Of a DNA stretch of 64,000 nt, positions 47,711 through 57,470 are shown piece after piece. Source of the stretch: a virus (taxonomy: Duplodnaviria; Heunggongvirae; Uroviricota; Caudoviricetes); the IMG/VR virus record IMGVR_UViG_2721755711_000002, one strand, 5' to 3'. The first letter of the stretch is position 1; each line of letters begins with the position of its first letter. Both the position numbers and the translations under genes were made by a program. The notes beneath the pieces are model-generated. The model was given only the letters and a program-made list of their open reading frames with translations, was not told the DNA's origin and searched no databases.

Positions 47711-48066
47711 TCCAGCCCTGTGATTTTTATCCCCAACCGACCACCAGGAACGACCTGACCGCGCACAATATTGATTTCATCAAACTGCTCGTCGTCTATG
47801 AGAAGTCCGGCATGCGTCAGCGCATCCAGTGGTGCTTTCAGGATATTGTCCAGGTCACGACGGCGCTTATCCGGTGGCTCTGCAATAATCTTTATCGCCA
47901 GCCTTCCGGACAGGTTTAATTTCAGCCGCTGCTGGCGAACAATTAGCGCCACATCACGGCGATAACGCTTTCCGGCCTCCGAGATGAAATACGTATTGCC
48001 ATGACGTCGCCAGTAGGTATTCACCGTCGGCGGGTAAGGCAAAACAAATTCTATGCGTTCAGTCAT
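47701..48066 (-). CDS. rusA: Holliday junction resolvase RusA
   Basis: 121 aa; RusA family pattern (...RRDLDNILKAPLDAL...). Confidence 0.8.
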   Translation of the reverse strand: MTERIEFVLPYPPTVNTYWRRHGNTYFISEAGKRYRRDVALIVRQQRLKLNLSGRLAIKIIAEPPDKRRRDLDNILKAPLDALTHAGLLIDDEQFDEINIVRGQVVPGGRLGIKITGLECA

Positions 48067-49125
48067 TTATGCTTTCCACTTCAGGACACCCGAATTTCTC
48101 GCGTGCATTAAAAAACGAATCAGCAACAACAGCTGGCTGCCGTGTTTTTCTTCAAAATCTTTTACCCCGGCGTGCAGTTCGTTATGACATTTACGGCACA
48201 GCGGAATAACAAACAAATCGTCAGCCTTTGTCCCCATTCCTCCCAGTCCATGACCAATGATGTGATGCGGATCATCTGCCTGAGCGCCACACGTCATGCA
48301 TTTCTGCGTTTTTACCCAGCGCGTGTATACGGGCATCTCTTCCCGTTGTGGTTTCTGGCGCTGGAGATACTGAGCAGGTGCCTCCGGATCAACGGCGATG
48401 CTTACTACCGCCTTTTCCTGTGGTGGGGTTTGTTGCTGGTGGGTGTGAGGCAACGGCACAAGATTTTTTGTGCGCTGCTTCAATATGCTGGTTGCGGTCT
48501 GCTCTCCCGGTACGATGTCGCTTTCGCGGTAAACCGAGCGGATTTTTTCCGCACGTAACCCCAGAGAGCGACGTAATACTGCCTCCGGAAGCGCGTCCGC
48601 CACCTGATTGCAGAGCGCCCACCAGGATAATTCAGCCAGCGATAATTCCCGCTCCTGTGTGCCATTCATTGCATGGCGTATGACGTCAATCATCCATGCT
48701 GACAGGTTTTGGTGAGCAAGTTGCCCGAGTGATTCGGAAGTCTGGTCACGCAGCTGGTTGTCGCAGTGCCAGCACAACACCATCGCGCCGGTGCCGTAAC
48801 GATGTATGACGGTTTCGCTGTGATGGTAATCACCATGAGGCCACTGGCAGGATTTGACATGACACAACAACCAGTCAGACAGTGCACCAGCGCCGCCAGC
48901 AGCATGAATCACCCGCTCATCGCTGAAAAATGGCAGTAATGATTTATCTTCCGCCAGCGGCTGGCGAACGGCAGGAACAACTCCGGACGGCAGACCGCGC
49001 ATGCTTTTCGGTTCCGGCTCCACCAGCACCCTGCCGTTATGGAATACCTGCATGGATTCACGGCCTGGCTTAACGATAACCAGCCCAAGTTCCGGTACCA
49101 GAACAGGTCGAAGTAATACCCGCAC
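48067..49125 (-). CDS. DUF968-like nin-region protein
   Basis: C-terminal CMTCG...DPHHI...CRKCH motif. Confidence 0.6.
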   Translation of the reverse strand: MRVLLRPVLVPELGLVIVKPGRESMQVFHNGRVLVEPEPKSMRGLPSGVVPAVRQPLAEDKSLLPFFSDERVIHAAGGAGALSDWLLCHVKSCQWPHGDYHHSETVIHRYGTGAMVLCWHCDNQLRDQTSESLGQLAHQNLSAWMIDVIRHAMNGTQERELSLAELSWWALCNQVADALPEAVLRRSLGLRAEKIRSVYRESDIVPGEQTATSILKQRTKNLVPLPHTHQQQTPPQEKAVVSIAVDPEAPAQYLQRQKPQREEMPVYTRWVKTQKCMTCGAQADDPHHIIGHGLGGMGTKADDLFVIPLCRKCHNELHAGVKDFEEKHGSQLLLLIRFLMHARNSGVLKWKA

Positions 49126-49126
49126 G

Positions 49127-49399
49127 TTACCTCCAGATCCGTTGCTGGTATGTGCGGGATGGACGCGGTGGGCGTTCGGAGTAAGGAAGCCTGACGGAGA
49201 TTATCCAGTGACGATAATCGAGGCTGAGGGCTTTCCTAAACTCATACCCACGTCTGCGGTAGTTCTGTATCAGCCATTCGGCCTGTTCTTCAGTGCAGGG
49301 GGCATGCTGATACCAGTCATATTTGAATGTGTGAGAACGCCGCCCTTGCCTGCTGGCAGGGGCGGTATCAGAATTGTGATGTTTGGTATTGTGCGCCAT
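49127..49399 (-). CDS. Hypothetical nin-region protein
   Basis: 90 aa basic protein. Confidence 0.35.
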   Translation of the reverse strand: MAHNTKHHNSDTAPASRQGRRSHTFKYDWYQHAPCTEEQAEWLIQNYRRRGYEFRKALSLDYRHWIISVRLPYSERPPRPSRTYQQRIWR

Positions 49400-49516
49400 C
49401 GGTTTTCTCTGCTGGCGCAGCAGGTGCCAGTTGTTCAGGCTGGCCTGTGGATTGTAAACCAGAATACGTAAAACAAAAAACCCGCCGAAGCGGGTCTGGT
49501 TATTGATGAATTAACT

Positions 49517-49777
49517 TCACGGTTTGGGCTGGAAATTCTTATTCAGCGCTCTGCACTGCTCTTTGTCTTCTTCTTCATGGGCTTTAAATACAGAATAAGT
49601 ATCAGGGTCAAAAAACGAGATAGATTCTACTTCCCTCTTGGCTACAAGTATCCGAAAGTCTTCAAGGCTAAGGCCGCCAAGACCTTCCGCTACAATTCCT
49701 TCTGACTGATAATGTCGGCGGTAGTTTGTTGTGATGTTTGTAGTTAACGTACCCTTATCCCGATACCCGATACCCAC
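49517..49777 (-). CDS. Hypothetical protein (possible C-terminal continuation of 49755..50342)
   Basis: AT-rich; 23-nt overlap with upstream ORF. Confidence 0.25.
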   Translation of the reverse strand: MGIGYRDKGTLTTNITTNYRRHYQSEGIVAEGLGGLSLEDFRILVAKREVESISFFDPDTYSVFKAHEEEDKEQCRALNKNFQPKP

Positions 49778-50342
49778 TCAACAGCGGAAGAAGTTCAATA
49801 TGGGTAAAATCGCCGTTTTCAAAACTTGGGCAGATAACAATTCCAACGTAAAATTTTCTGGATGAGAGTGTTATAATGACGGGAAACTGCCTGACTGCTG
49901 CTTCCATAAGGAAGCTCTCTTCTGGACTTGTGGAAACAATTCTTGCGATAGCATCCAACCTGCGATCCCCTTTCTCTGTTCTTTTTTTGCGCCGCCAACC
50001 GCAAAATGCAGCAAGAGCAACAGATGTCATTCCCCAGACTGCAGATTTAAGATCCTTTATCGAATTTCCTCCATCAAAAGAGATAGGAAAAACTCTTTTC
50101 AGGGCATCAGGACCAAGATGAAAAAAATGCAGAATACCGTTAATCAACCAGCGGTATACCCCAAGGAAACCAAGGATCGTACAAACAACCCACGCAACAC
50201 AGACAAAAACAGCTCCCCAGGTTGCAACAAAAAAATAAGCGTCCCATCCCACAGAACGCTTATACCTATATCTTGTTTCCAAACAAAGAGTAACATAAAC
50301 ATAACCACTAATCAGTATGACAGCGATCAATAGCGTATTCAT
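49755..50342 (-). CDS. Membrane protein (AT-rich cargo gene)
   Basis: Three N-terminal hydrophobic helices; overlaps ORF 49517..49777 in another frame (possible frameshift or two genes). Confidence 0.35.
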   Translation of the reverse strand: MNTLLIAVILISGYVYVTLCLETRYRYKRSVGWDAYFFVATWGAVFVCVAWVVCTILGFLGVYRWLINGILHFFHLGPDALKRVFPISFDGGNSIKDLKSAVWGMTSVALAAFCGWRRKKRTEKGDRRLDAIARIVSTSPEESFLMEAAVRQFPVIITLSSRKFYVGIVICPSFENGDFTHIELLPLLSGYRVSG

Positions 50343-50344
50343 TC

Positions 50345-50551
50345 TTACCCTAGCTTTTTGTTTTCCAATGACTCAAGCTTGTCCAGCTGTTCTTTGATAG
50401 CCTTTCTGACCTTGTCGTTCTCAAGGTTAACCATGATGAAACCATCGTCGCTTACTTCGAACTTATCCTTGTTTTCTTTAAGAACTTTTGACAACCTGTT
50501 CGATGGTGTCTGTATGGTTCCATACCCTCTTATTGCATATGCGAGACTCAT
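50345..50551 (-). CDS. Hypothetical small protein
   Basis: 68 aa, Lys/Glu-rich. Confidence 0.3.
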   Translation of the reverse strand: MSLAYAIRGYGTIQTPSNRLSKVLKENKDKFEVSDDGFIMVNLENDKVRKAIKEQLDKLESLENKKLG

Positions 50552-50797
50552 TCTTACCTCCCATCTTACCGTTATCACCGTGTAGTGACACTGTTACATC
50601 CATGTATAAATGCTTTGATACTATGGCTATACCATTAAAATAAGTTTACCGGAAGACTTTGATCAACTACTTTTCACACCAGATACACAAATAATGTGAA
50701 ACACAACATAGAAATTGTCAAAACCGCCGGGTGGCGGGTGCGTTGAGGATGCCTGACACATCAGAGGTGGCGAGGGATTTCTCCCCCGCCAGGTCTC

Positions 50798-50953
50798 TTA
50801 CTCCTCAGATTCGTAAGCTGTGAAGACAGCGACCTCCGTCTGGCCGGTTCGGATTCGTACCTCGCAGAGGTCTTTCCTCGTTACCAGTGCCGTCACTATG
50901 ACGGTTAAACAGATGACGATCAGGGCGATTAACATCGCCTTTTGCTGCTTCAT
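50798..50953 (-). CDS. hok: Hok/Gef family type I toxin
   Basis: MKQQKAMLIALIVICLTVIVTALVTRKDLCEVRIRTGQTEVAVFTAYESEE; in-frame leader upstream (mok-like) and GC-rich stem-loops downstream. Confidence 0.8.
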   Translation of the reverse strand: MKQQKAMLIALIVICLTVIVTALVTRKDLCEVRIRTGQTEVAVFTAYESEE

Positions 50954-51243
50954 AGCCTGCTTCTCCTTGCCTTTCGGCACGTAAGAGGCTAACCTACATG
51001 TGTTCAGCATGGATTGAGCCTCAGATTAATGTTAAGCGTCTTGCAGGACGCGTAATGTTAACTGGGGCTTTTCTCTATCTGCCGTTGGTGTTCATGCCCG
51101 AGGCAGATAGCCTCAAGCACCCGCAGCAATTCTACTTAACTCTCCTTTTCCCGCAAACCGTTTTTATCCCCATCGGCAAATCGAATACACCACCAGCGCC
51201 ACCGCCATCGCAATTCCTACCGTTGTGAATGCTTCGGGCCAGG

Positions 51244-51807
51244 TCATCGCAAAACATCCTCCGCACTTATCAGTTCGTTCCGCTTCAGGTAGTCCATCGC
51301 CTTATCCGGCAATTTACAGTCCGGCTTCACTTTCTTCAGTTGACTGACCAATTGCTTAACCAGCATGGTTAATTCGTCAGTCTGTTTGCCTGGTACTGGT
51401 GGATTGTCGGTTGTACCATGACTGGCAGTACAGTTGGCACTTCCTCCCTTCTCCTCCCGCAGCGGTTCAGGCAACGCATCCAGTGATGCTTTCACAAACC
51501 ACGCTGCCTGTACTATAACGCCATGAATCCAGCGCAAATCAGCATCGCGATCGTTCTTTTTCATCTTTTCACCACTTAAAGCCTGGCTTATGTGGCTGCG
51601 AACCAGGTCTTCATGTAACTCCTTCGCATCCTCAATGGTGAAACCACCAGGCAGGCGAGCCGGAGTTACCGGAGAGTTGCCAGCCTTACGCATGGCCATT
51701 TCCACGATTTCAACCATATCTCCTGGTGGAATTTTACAAAGTTGCCCAATACATTTCTGCTGCCTGGCATATTCGAGAATGTGTTCCAGTTTGGTTCGAT
51801 TAATCAT
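51244..51807 (-). CDS. Hypothetical nin-region protein
   Basis: 187 aa. Confidence 0.35.
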   Translation of the reverse strand: MINRTKLEHILEYARQQKCIGQLCKIPPGDMVEIVEMAMRKAGNSPVTPARLPGGFTIEDAKELHEDLVRSHISQALSGEKMKKNDRDADLRWIHGVIVQAAWFVKASLDALPEPLREEKGGSANCTASHGTTDNPPVPGKQTDELTMLVKQLVSQLKKVKPDCKLPDKAMDYLKRNELISAEDVLR

Positions 51808-52397
51808 TATTTATCTCCCTTAAGCATGGTGGCGCGGCAGGCGTTCCAGCCATCAGCATATGTTTCAGTTACACCGTCGAGATGGCAGGTAAGCAAATCC
51901 ATTTCATCCGGCACTATCAGCACCGGCTGGACAGTGACATTGGCAAAGGCAGCACGCAACCCGGCCTTAATTTCCTCTACCTCATCAGCACTTGGAGATG
52001 AGTCTGACAGTGCATGATGGAATGCGTAAGCCATGTCGTCGTTTACTGCAACCGGCTCTGCTTCCAGTGATACCAGTGCAATCTGCGTCCTGACCCACGC
52101 CACCCGCTCCGGATTCATATGGCACATGTTGTTCCCTTTTTCTTCATAGTAATGCCCTTTACTCTCGTTAAATGGCAACACCTCATTCAGCCCGGCACTT
52201 CTGAAATCAGCGTGTAATTGTTCCAGTGCCGCTTCGCTGGAGGTACCGATTGATGTGAGATAATCGAAAAGATTGGCGCATAAACCATAATTTCGAGAAA
52301 ACACCCCACCTGGTTTCGCCCCATTACTCAGCCACAAATCATAAGCAATATAAAACCCGTAAAGCTGTTTTCTGATATTTTCTTTGGTTTCTTGCAT
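51807..52397 (-). CDS. Hypothetical nin-region protein
   Basis: 196 aa. Confidence 0.35.
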   Translation of the reverse strand: MQETKENIRKQLYGFYIAYDLWLSNGAKPGGVFSRNYGLCANLFDYLTSIGTSSEAALEQLHADFRSAGLNEVLPFNESKGHYYEEKGNNMCHMNPERVAWVRTQIALVSLEAEPVAVNDDMAYAFHHALSDSSPSADEVEEIKAGLRAAFANVTVQPVLIVPDEMDLLTCHLDGVTETYADGWNACRATMLKGDK

Positions 52398-52528
52398 TAT
52401 TTATTACCGCCCTTTCTGGCGGCCTCCTGGTGTTCTGAGGGTGCAGGAATCCCTCCGGTTAAGGATTTAATAAAATTCACTTCTGCTTTAAATTTTTCAG
52501 TGTTTTGTTGTCAGGTGTTTTATCGCCT

Positions 52529-52840
52529 TTATGCTTCAGCCTTATTTCTCAGCCATACACAAACAGGACCATCTTCAGTGTCATGAATGGAACCAATGAA
52601 CCAGCCTTCACCTTCCGGGCGCTCCGGTTTCCAGGAGGCAATATCGGGACCATCTGCGTCCAGATTAAAATCATCTTCATCCATAGTTCTGATGGTCCAT
52701 TGAAGATTATTTTCCTCCATCCATGCGTTAAACTCTTCCGTTGAAATATGTTCTCTACCATCACAGAATTTTTCATATTCAGGATGCGTCCAGCAGCCAT
52801 ATGTATCACGTTCTACCGGCATTTCTTTGATTTCGTTCAT
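52529..52840 (-). CDS. Hypothetical protein
   Basis: ~103 aa acidic protein. Confidence 0.3.
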   Translation of the reverse strand: MNEIKEMPVERDTYGCWTHPEYEKFCDGREHISTEEFNAWMEENNLQWTIRTMDEDDFNLDADGPDIASWKPERPEGEGWFIGSIHDTEDGPVCVWLRNKAEA

Positions 52841-53032
52841 AACATTAACTCCATTAAAATAATGCAAAACACATTAACCACACCACTACAACCGATGCTA
52901 TTAACACCCTGATTGCAAACAGTGGACTGATATGTCGAAAAGGATTTTCCCAGATAATAAAAGCCGCTGCCAGAAATGCACTGTTCAGGAATACAATAAC
53001 AAACAGCTCAATTTTGATTATCCAGAACATAT

Positions 53033-53329
53033 TCACTGCATCGCCTTCTGTAAAATAACCGCATGCCCCAGTTTCTCCGCCAGTGCCAGTTCTGCCTTAG
53101 CACCTGCCGACCGCTGCCAGCCATTCAGCATATAAATCGCATCCACGCAACGTATCATCGCCATGCAGATATCCATGTACTGCAACTGAGTCAGTCCGTC
53201 CGGAAGTACTGCCGGGTTTAAGACGGTATGCCCTTCACGTTTCAGTTCCTCTTCCGCCTTGTGAAACGCCTCACGGTTGAAATTTTTATATCCCGTCATT
53301 GGGCCAGCAATATAAACTCTCACCCTCAC
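53033..53329 (-). CDS. DUF4406-like protein (nucleoside deoxyribosyltransferase-like)
   Basis: N-terminal VYIAGPMTG motif. Confidence 0.55.
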   Translation of the reverse strand: MRVRVYIAGPMTGYKNFNREAFHKAEEELKREGHTVLNPAVLPDGLTQLQYMDICMAMIRCVDAIYMLNGWQRSAGAKAELALAEKLGHAVILQKAMQ

Positions 53330-53661
53330 TCCTGAACTCTCCTGTCGAAATAAACGTAGTTATTCACTGTGCGCAACGGCATTCCAAATTTTATGGCGAT
53401 TTCTCTCCTGGACACGCCACGCTGATGCAGTTGTCGCGCCAGCTCAATATCGCTCTGAAGATATTTTGCTGACTGGTGAAAATCACCACGCAGAATCAGA
53501 CTTATTCCCATCTCCCGGGCTTTCGTCCTGACAGCCGCCTCACTACGACCAATCAGACTGCCGATGCTTTTTACCTTCATTGTTCCCGCGCACTGCCGCA
53601 GAATAAGGATTTCAGCCCGCACCCAGCCACGCCATCTCACTTCACATCCTCTCTGGAACAA
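53326..53661 (-). CDS. Hypothetical HTH-like protein
   Basis: Two HTH-like segments. Confidence 0.3.
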   Translation of the reverse strand: MFQRGCEVRWRGWVRAEILILRQCAGTMKVKSIGSLIGRSEAAVRTKAREMGISLILRGDFHQSAKYLQSDIELARQLHQRGVSRREIAIKFGMPLRTVNNYVYFDRRVQE

Positions 53662-54422
53662 TTCATCTGCCGTACAATATCCCGGTGCTTGTTAAGCTCC
53701 CGCAGCGCCGCGCAGACTCGCTCCCACTTCCGGACATGATTTTTCGCCCGACGCAGTTCGCGGTTTGCCATGTGCAGCGATGGTAAAATCAGGTCATTCG
53801 CACGCGTTTCGGTAAACGATGGCAGCGACTGCACAATGTCCGCCACAGTTTCTGTTTTAATATCTTCCTGTGTTGCAACCTCCTGTACTGGTAACGCAAC
53901 CCCCGCTGGCTGAGGAAAGGCTTTACCATCAGTTTTCGCTACCGATACAAATTTCGGCTCTGCTGGTAAATTTTCCCCGGTTTCTTTTACCAGCATCCAC
54001 TTACACCCCTTCCCCTGTCCCAGCTTAATCGCCATGCCATCGCGGCAAAGCTTTTCCATCGCAGAAACCAGCGACCTGACGCAATCAGCACGCCCCACAG
54101 CAATTGCAATCTCAGCGGTGGTCATTGCCCCACCATGAGCAAGTGTGGACAGGATGTCGCAGCGATTCAGTGGCTCACGGTCTTTTCTGCTGACCACCAT
54201 GCGGGATTTTCTTTCCGCTTTACACACCGGCACTGTTTTTTCTTTCACGCCACTTTGTCGTTCTGAAACAGACCAGTAACCATTAACCGATACAACTTCT
54301 CCCTGCTCTTCGTACTCCCGCAACATTTTAATCGCCTCAGCCGGTGCAATGCCCAAACTGGTAGCAAGCTCAGTGCACGTCACCTTTTGCATCGCTTTTA
54401 ACGTATCAATCAACGTTTCCAT
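53637..54422 (-). CDS. Putative replication protein at lambda P position (winged-helix repeats; not lambda P-like)
   Basis: Directly downstream of O-like gene; no ATPase motif seen. Confidence 0.35.
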   Translation of the reverse strand: METLIDTLKAMQKVTCTELATSLGIAPAEAIKMLREYEEQGEVVSVNGYWSVSERQSGVKEKTVPVCKAERKSRMVVSRKDREPLNRCDILSTLAHGGAMTTAEIAIAVGRADCVRSLVSAMEKLCRDGMAIKLGQGKGCKWMLVKETGENLPAEPKFVSVAKTDGKAFPQPAGVALPVQEVATQEDIKTETVADIVQSLPSFTETRANDLILPSLHMANRELRRAKNHVRKWERVCAALRELNKHRDIVRQMNCSREDVK

Positions 54423-54467
54423 TAAAATTTCTCCCGTTAAAAATTATTTACCAATCTCAAACAAAAC

Positions 54468-55433
54468 TTACCCCCTGAACCCTGGTGGAATTTCGGTGTC
54501 CGGTTCAGAAATGTGATTCACACAACGCTGCGCGGGACCACGCCACAGTCGAATAACCAGCTCATCCCATTTTTCACGGAGTTTTTCCGGGCTCTTGATG
54601 TTTTTTATCCAGAACGGATCCCGTTGTGCCCGACTGAACATTTCGCAAATTTGTCTGTGACTTCTTCCATCCAGCATCCGCATTGTGCGCACATCATTGG
54701 CCCACGTAGTCCAGTTGGGCTCTTTCGGTCGCGTGATCTCACCATCATCGCTCGCAGCCTGCTCGTACAGGTTTAAAACCCGCCCCCAGATCCACTGCGC
54801 ACACGTCAAATCCTCCCGGGTTCCCCACTGGCGTTTTTTTACACTGAACACAGCTGCGTCAGGATGGCGGGTTAAAAACTCCTGTTCAGCCGTCTGCTCG
54901 TCCGGTTGCGAAGCGTCCGGACAAGAGAGTTTTTTATTCTCTGTAGTAATCTCTGTTGTATTCTCTGTAGGATCATCGGGCCATTTTGACCTGATGACAT
55001 TGGGTCGTTTTGAACCAATGGAGTGTGTCATTTTGGCATCTTCCATCGTGTCATTTTGACCTGATGGAGCGGCGCATTTTGACCTGATGGATTCGCTCAA
55101 TTTGCCATCATCTAAAAGCTTGCTCTCGTAATTGATCGTGTAGAAATTAGTCATATCGCGCTTTGATTTATTGAGCTTTTCGCAACGCAAAAGCCCCAGC
55201 GTTTTCAGACTTGCAAATGCACGTTTTAACGTTGACTCTGACCAGAACGGGAACTGTTCCAGCCATTGTTCCGTTGTGTTATAAATCCAGCGAACACCAT
55301 CACATTCCATGCCGGAACTGGTATCTCTCAACCAGTAATGCAGCTGCTGCAACACGATGGCTTCGTTCAGACCAATTTTCATCGCCAGCTGCGTGTTTAT
55401 AACCAGCGGGCGTTCAGCAAAAAGGAGCTTCAT
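54468..55433 (-). CDS. Replication initiation protein, lambda O-like
   Basis: C-terminal WGTREDLTCAQWIWG...WANDVRTMRMLDGRSHRQICEMF...SPEKLREKWDEL parallels lambda O. Confidence 0.75.
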   Translation of the reverse strand: MKLLFAERPLVINTQLAMKIGLNEAIVLQQLHYWLRDTSSGMECDGVRWIYNTTEQWLEQFPFWSESTLKRAFASLKTLGLLRCEKLNKSKRDMTNFYTINYESKLLDDGKLSESIRSKCAAPSGQNDTMEDAKMTHSIGSKRPNVIRSKWPDDPTENTTEITTENKKLSCPDASQPDEQTAEQEFLTRHPDAAVFSVKKRQWGTREDLTCAQWIWGRVLNLYEQAASDDGEITRPKEPNWTTWANDVRTMRMLDGRSHRQICEMFSRAQRDPFWIKNIKSPEKLREKWDELVIRLWRGPAQRCVNHISEPDTEIPPGFRG

Positions 55434-55453
55434 CCCACCCCCATAACACGTTA

Positions 55454-55879
55454 TCAATGCGCGACCACGGCATTTCCCGCCGGGCCGCCACGATTCATCT
55501 GATTGAAACCAGCAATCGCCACTGCGACAAAATCATCAGCGTCTCTCACCAGTCGTTCCCGCGTCTCCACCAGTTCCCGAAACCAGGCTGAACTGTGGCT
55601 GCGCATTCGGGCCACCAGCAGAGGTGGCATTGCTTTTTCGATCGCTGGTAACAACGCCTGAATTTTTTTAACCGCATCAGGAGTGTCTTTCTCCACCCAG
55701 CGGAAAATTTTCTGGGTGTTACGGCCCAGGGCTTCCGGATGGCTGTCGTCGTACAATTCCGGGAACGTCATACCGAGTTCGAAATACGCTTTGGTAATTT
55801 TCGCAGCCGGTACTTTCTCGCCGTCTGGATGCGCCCAGGCATTCATCGCCATGCGGATGTGTTCATGCTTGATTTTCAT
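55454..55879 (-). CDS. Putative CII-like regulatory protein
   Basis: Position between cro-like gene and O-like gene. Confidence 0.35.
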   Translation of the reverse strand: MKIKHEHIRMAMNAWAHPDGEKVPAAKITKAYFELGMTFPELYDDSHPEALGRNTQKIFRWVEKDTPDAVKKIQALLPAIEKAMPPLLVARMRSHSSAWFRELVETRERLVRDADDFVAVAIAGFNQMNRGGPAGNAVVAH

Positions 55880-56135
55880 GAATCAACTCCGGCGCATTTG
55901 ATGTGTTAACCTTACATCCAACAGGTAAACCGTCGGTTGGGTTAGGGTATTTATCAGGGCGCAATTCATGCGGAGTCACTCCCCAGCCAAGCGCCTCACA
56001 TGCTGGAATGACCTCCTCCGCAGGAACTCGTTTTTTAAACCACCCACTTATAGTTTGTGGAGTTTTACCAAGACGACGCCCTAACTCTGATTGGCTCATT
56101 ATCGACAGGATTTTCACTTGAGTACTTTTTTGCAT
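55863..56135 (-). CDS. Cro-like HTH regulator
   Basis: HTH SQSELGRRLGKTPQTISGW; divergent from repressor; RBS ggaggg. Confidence 0.55.
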   Translation of the reverse strand: MQKSTQVKILSIMSQSELGRRLGKTPQTISGWFKKRVPAEEVIPACEALGWGVTPHELRPDKYPNPTDGLPVGCKVNTSNAPELIHENQA

Positions 56136-56147
56136 GTTTCCCTCCAA

Positions 56148-56255
56148 ACTTTACGATGGCACCGATAATTACAAATTTAATTTTAATTTTCAACTTCTAT
56201 TTGTAATGCCACTTATCAATTTTTTCTGTAGGATTGCAGGATTAGTTTTCGAGGG
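56148..56255. promoter_or_regulatory. Divergent promoter/operator region (OR-like)
   Basis: Perfect 9-bp inverted repeat attacaaat (56168-56176) / atttgtaat (56200-56208); same acaaatttaat core as OL-like site. Confidence 0.5.
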
Positions 56256-56261
56256 GTGGTG

Positions 56262-56654
56262 ATGATCTTTGTAAAACGCCTTCAGCAGGTGTTGCAGGAA
56301 TTGAATATAAACCAGTCAGAGCTGGGAAGACGTCTTGGTGTAAAACCCCAATCCGTGCAAGGTTGGTTGAAAGGCGTGATGCCAAGAATGGATAAATTGG
56401 AAAAATTAGCAGAGCTCTCACAACATCCCGTCCATTGGTTCTTTATGGAAGAAGAAACTCTCGGCGATAAGATGGCTGTATCCAGTAATGACAACCAACC
56501 GCAACTTACAGAACAACAACGAAAAATCATATCGCTTTTAGATGAGTTACCTCAAAGCGACGCAGAGCAGATCATTCGGGATATGGAGCAAAAACGCGAT
56601 TTCTATAAACGCAAACTTGAAGAGTTACTGCGGCAGAAAAACAAAACTGCCTGA
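56262..56654 (+). CDS. Prophage repressor (CI-like, HTH; no peptidase domain)
   Basis: HTH NQSELGRRLGVKPQSVQGW; divergent from cro-like gene. Confidence 0.6.
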   Translation: MIFVKRLQQVLQELNINQSELGRRLGVKPQSVQGWLKGVMPRMDKLEKLAELSQHPVHWFFMEEETLGDKMAVSSNDNQPQLTEQQRKIISLLDELPQSDAEQIIRDMEQKRDFYKRKLEELLRQKNKTA

Positions 56655-56700
56655 TGCGTTCCTTTTCTGGAACGAGCATCAGGCAAATGACTAACAGATT

Positions 56701-57060
56701 TTATAATCCCACCAGGCTTTCCAAGGGGATACCAAATTGATTATGAAGACGGCGAATCATTGGTAACGTAAGGCTTCTGGTGCCATTCAACACCTCGTAA
56801 ACCCGATTTTTTTTTCCAATTGCGGGTTCCAAATCTTTCACGGTCAGCCCCTGCTGTTCCATGCGAAATCTTATAGCTTCAATTGGGGATGGTGGCTCAA
56901 TGGGATAATGTTTTTTTTCATATTCCGCTATTAGCAAACACATCACCTCAAAGAAATCCCCCTCAGGCGTGTTAATTTCCGGCTCATTGTCGAACATGGG
57001 CTCAACAGCACGCAACGCGGCTTCATAATCTTGCTCTGTACGAATAGGTTTGATGTTCAT
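56701..57060 (-). CDS. higA: Antitoxin HigA (HTH)
   Basis: 119 aa, C-terminal HTH; directly downstream of HigB-like toxin. Confidence 0.7.
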   Translation of the reverse strand: MNIKPIRTEQDYEAALRAVEPMFDNEPEINTPEGDFFEVMCLLIAEYEKKHYPIEPPSPIEAIRFRMEQQGLTVKDLEPAIGKKNRVYEVLNGTRSLTLPMIRRLHNQFGIPLESLVGL

Positions 57061-57062
57061 GC

Positions 57063-57365
57063 TTACTCCAGTTCAATGGTATCAGCATCAATGGCATCGT
57101 ATTCCTTGTGGTTTCCGATGAATTTAACAAATACCCATCCTCGCTGATACGCAATTGCAACAATTAAACGGTAATGATTACCTTTTATGTTGAATACCAC
57201 GCGCCGGTTTTTCAATATACTGGCCGTTCGGTATTGTGCCTTAATGTCTGCCGGGCTTTTCCAGTCAGCCTTTGCTGCCTCATCCACCCATGCCCTTAGC
57301 GGTTGTTCTGCATCGGGATTCTCCGCCCAAAAATCCCTAAGCGTTTTAACTGAGATGATCTTCAT
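57063..57365 (-). CDS. higB: Toxin HigB (RelE/ParE superfamily)
   Basis: 100 aa; ...NIKGNHYRLIVAIAYQRGWVFVKFIGNHKEYD resembles HigB C-terminus; toxin-first order. Confidence 0.7.
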   Translation of the reverse strand: MKIISVKTLRDFWAENPDAEQPLRAWVDEAAKADWKSPADIKAQYRTASILKNRRVVFNIKGNHYRLIVAIAYQRGWVFVKFIGNHKEYDAIDADTIELE

Positions 57366-57399
57366 AACTGTATGGTAGTCCCATTTCGGGACTAATGCA

Positions 57400-57470
57400 A
57401 TCGGCCTCAGCTACAAATTTAATGATAAATATATTGACCAATTAAATTTTAATTTGTAGATTATACTCAC
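57400..57470. promoter_or_regulatory. OL/pL-like operator-promoter for rightward early operon (and/or higBA control region)
   Basis: Inverted repeat ctacaaatt (57411-57419) / aatttgtag (57451-57459) flanking TTGACC (57434-57439), TAGATT 17 bp downstream. Confidence 0.45.
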
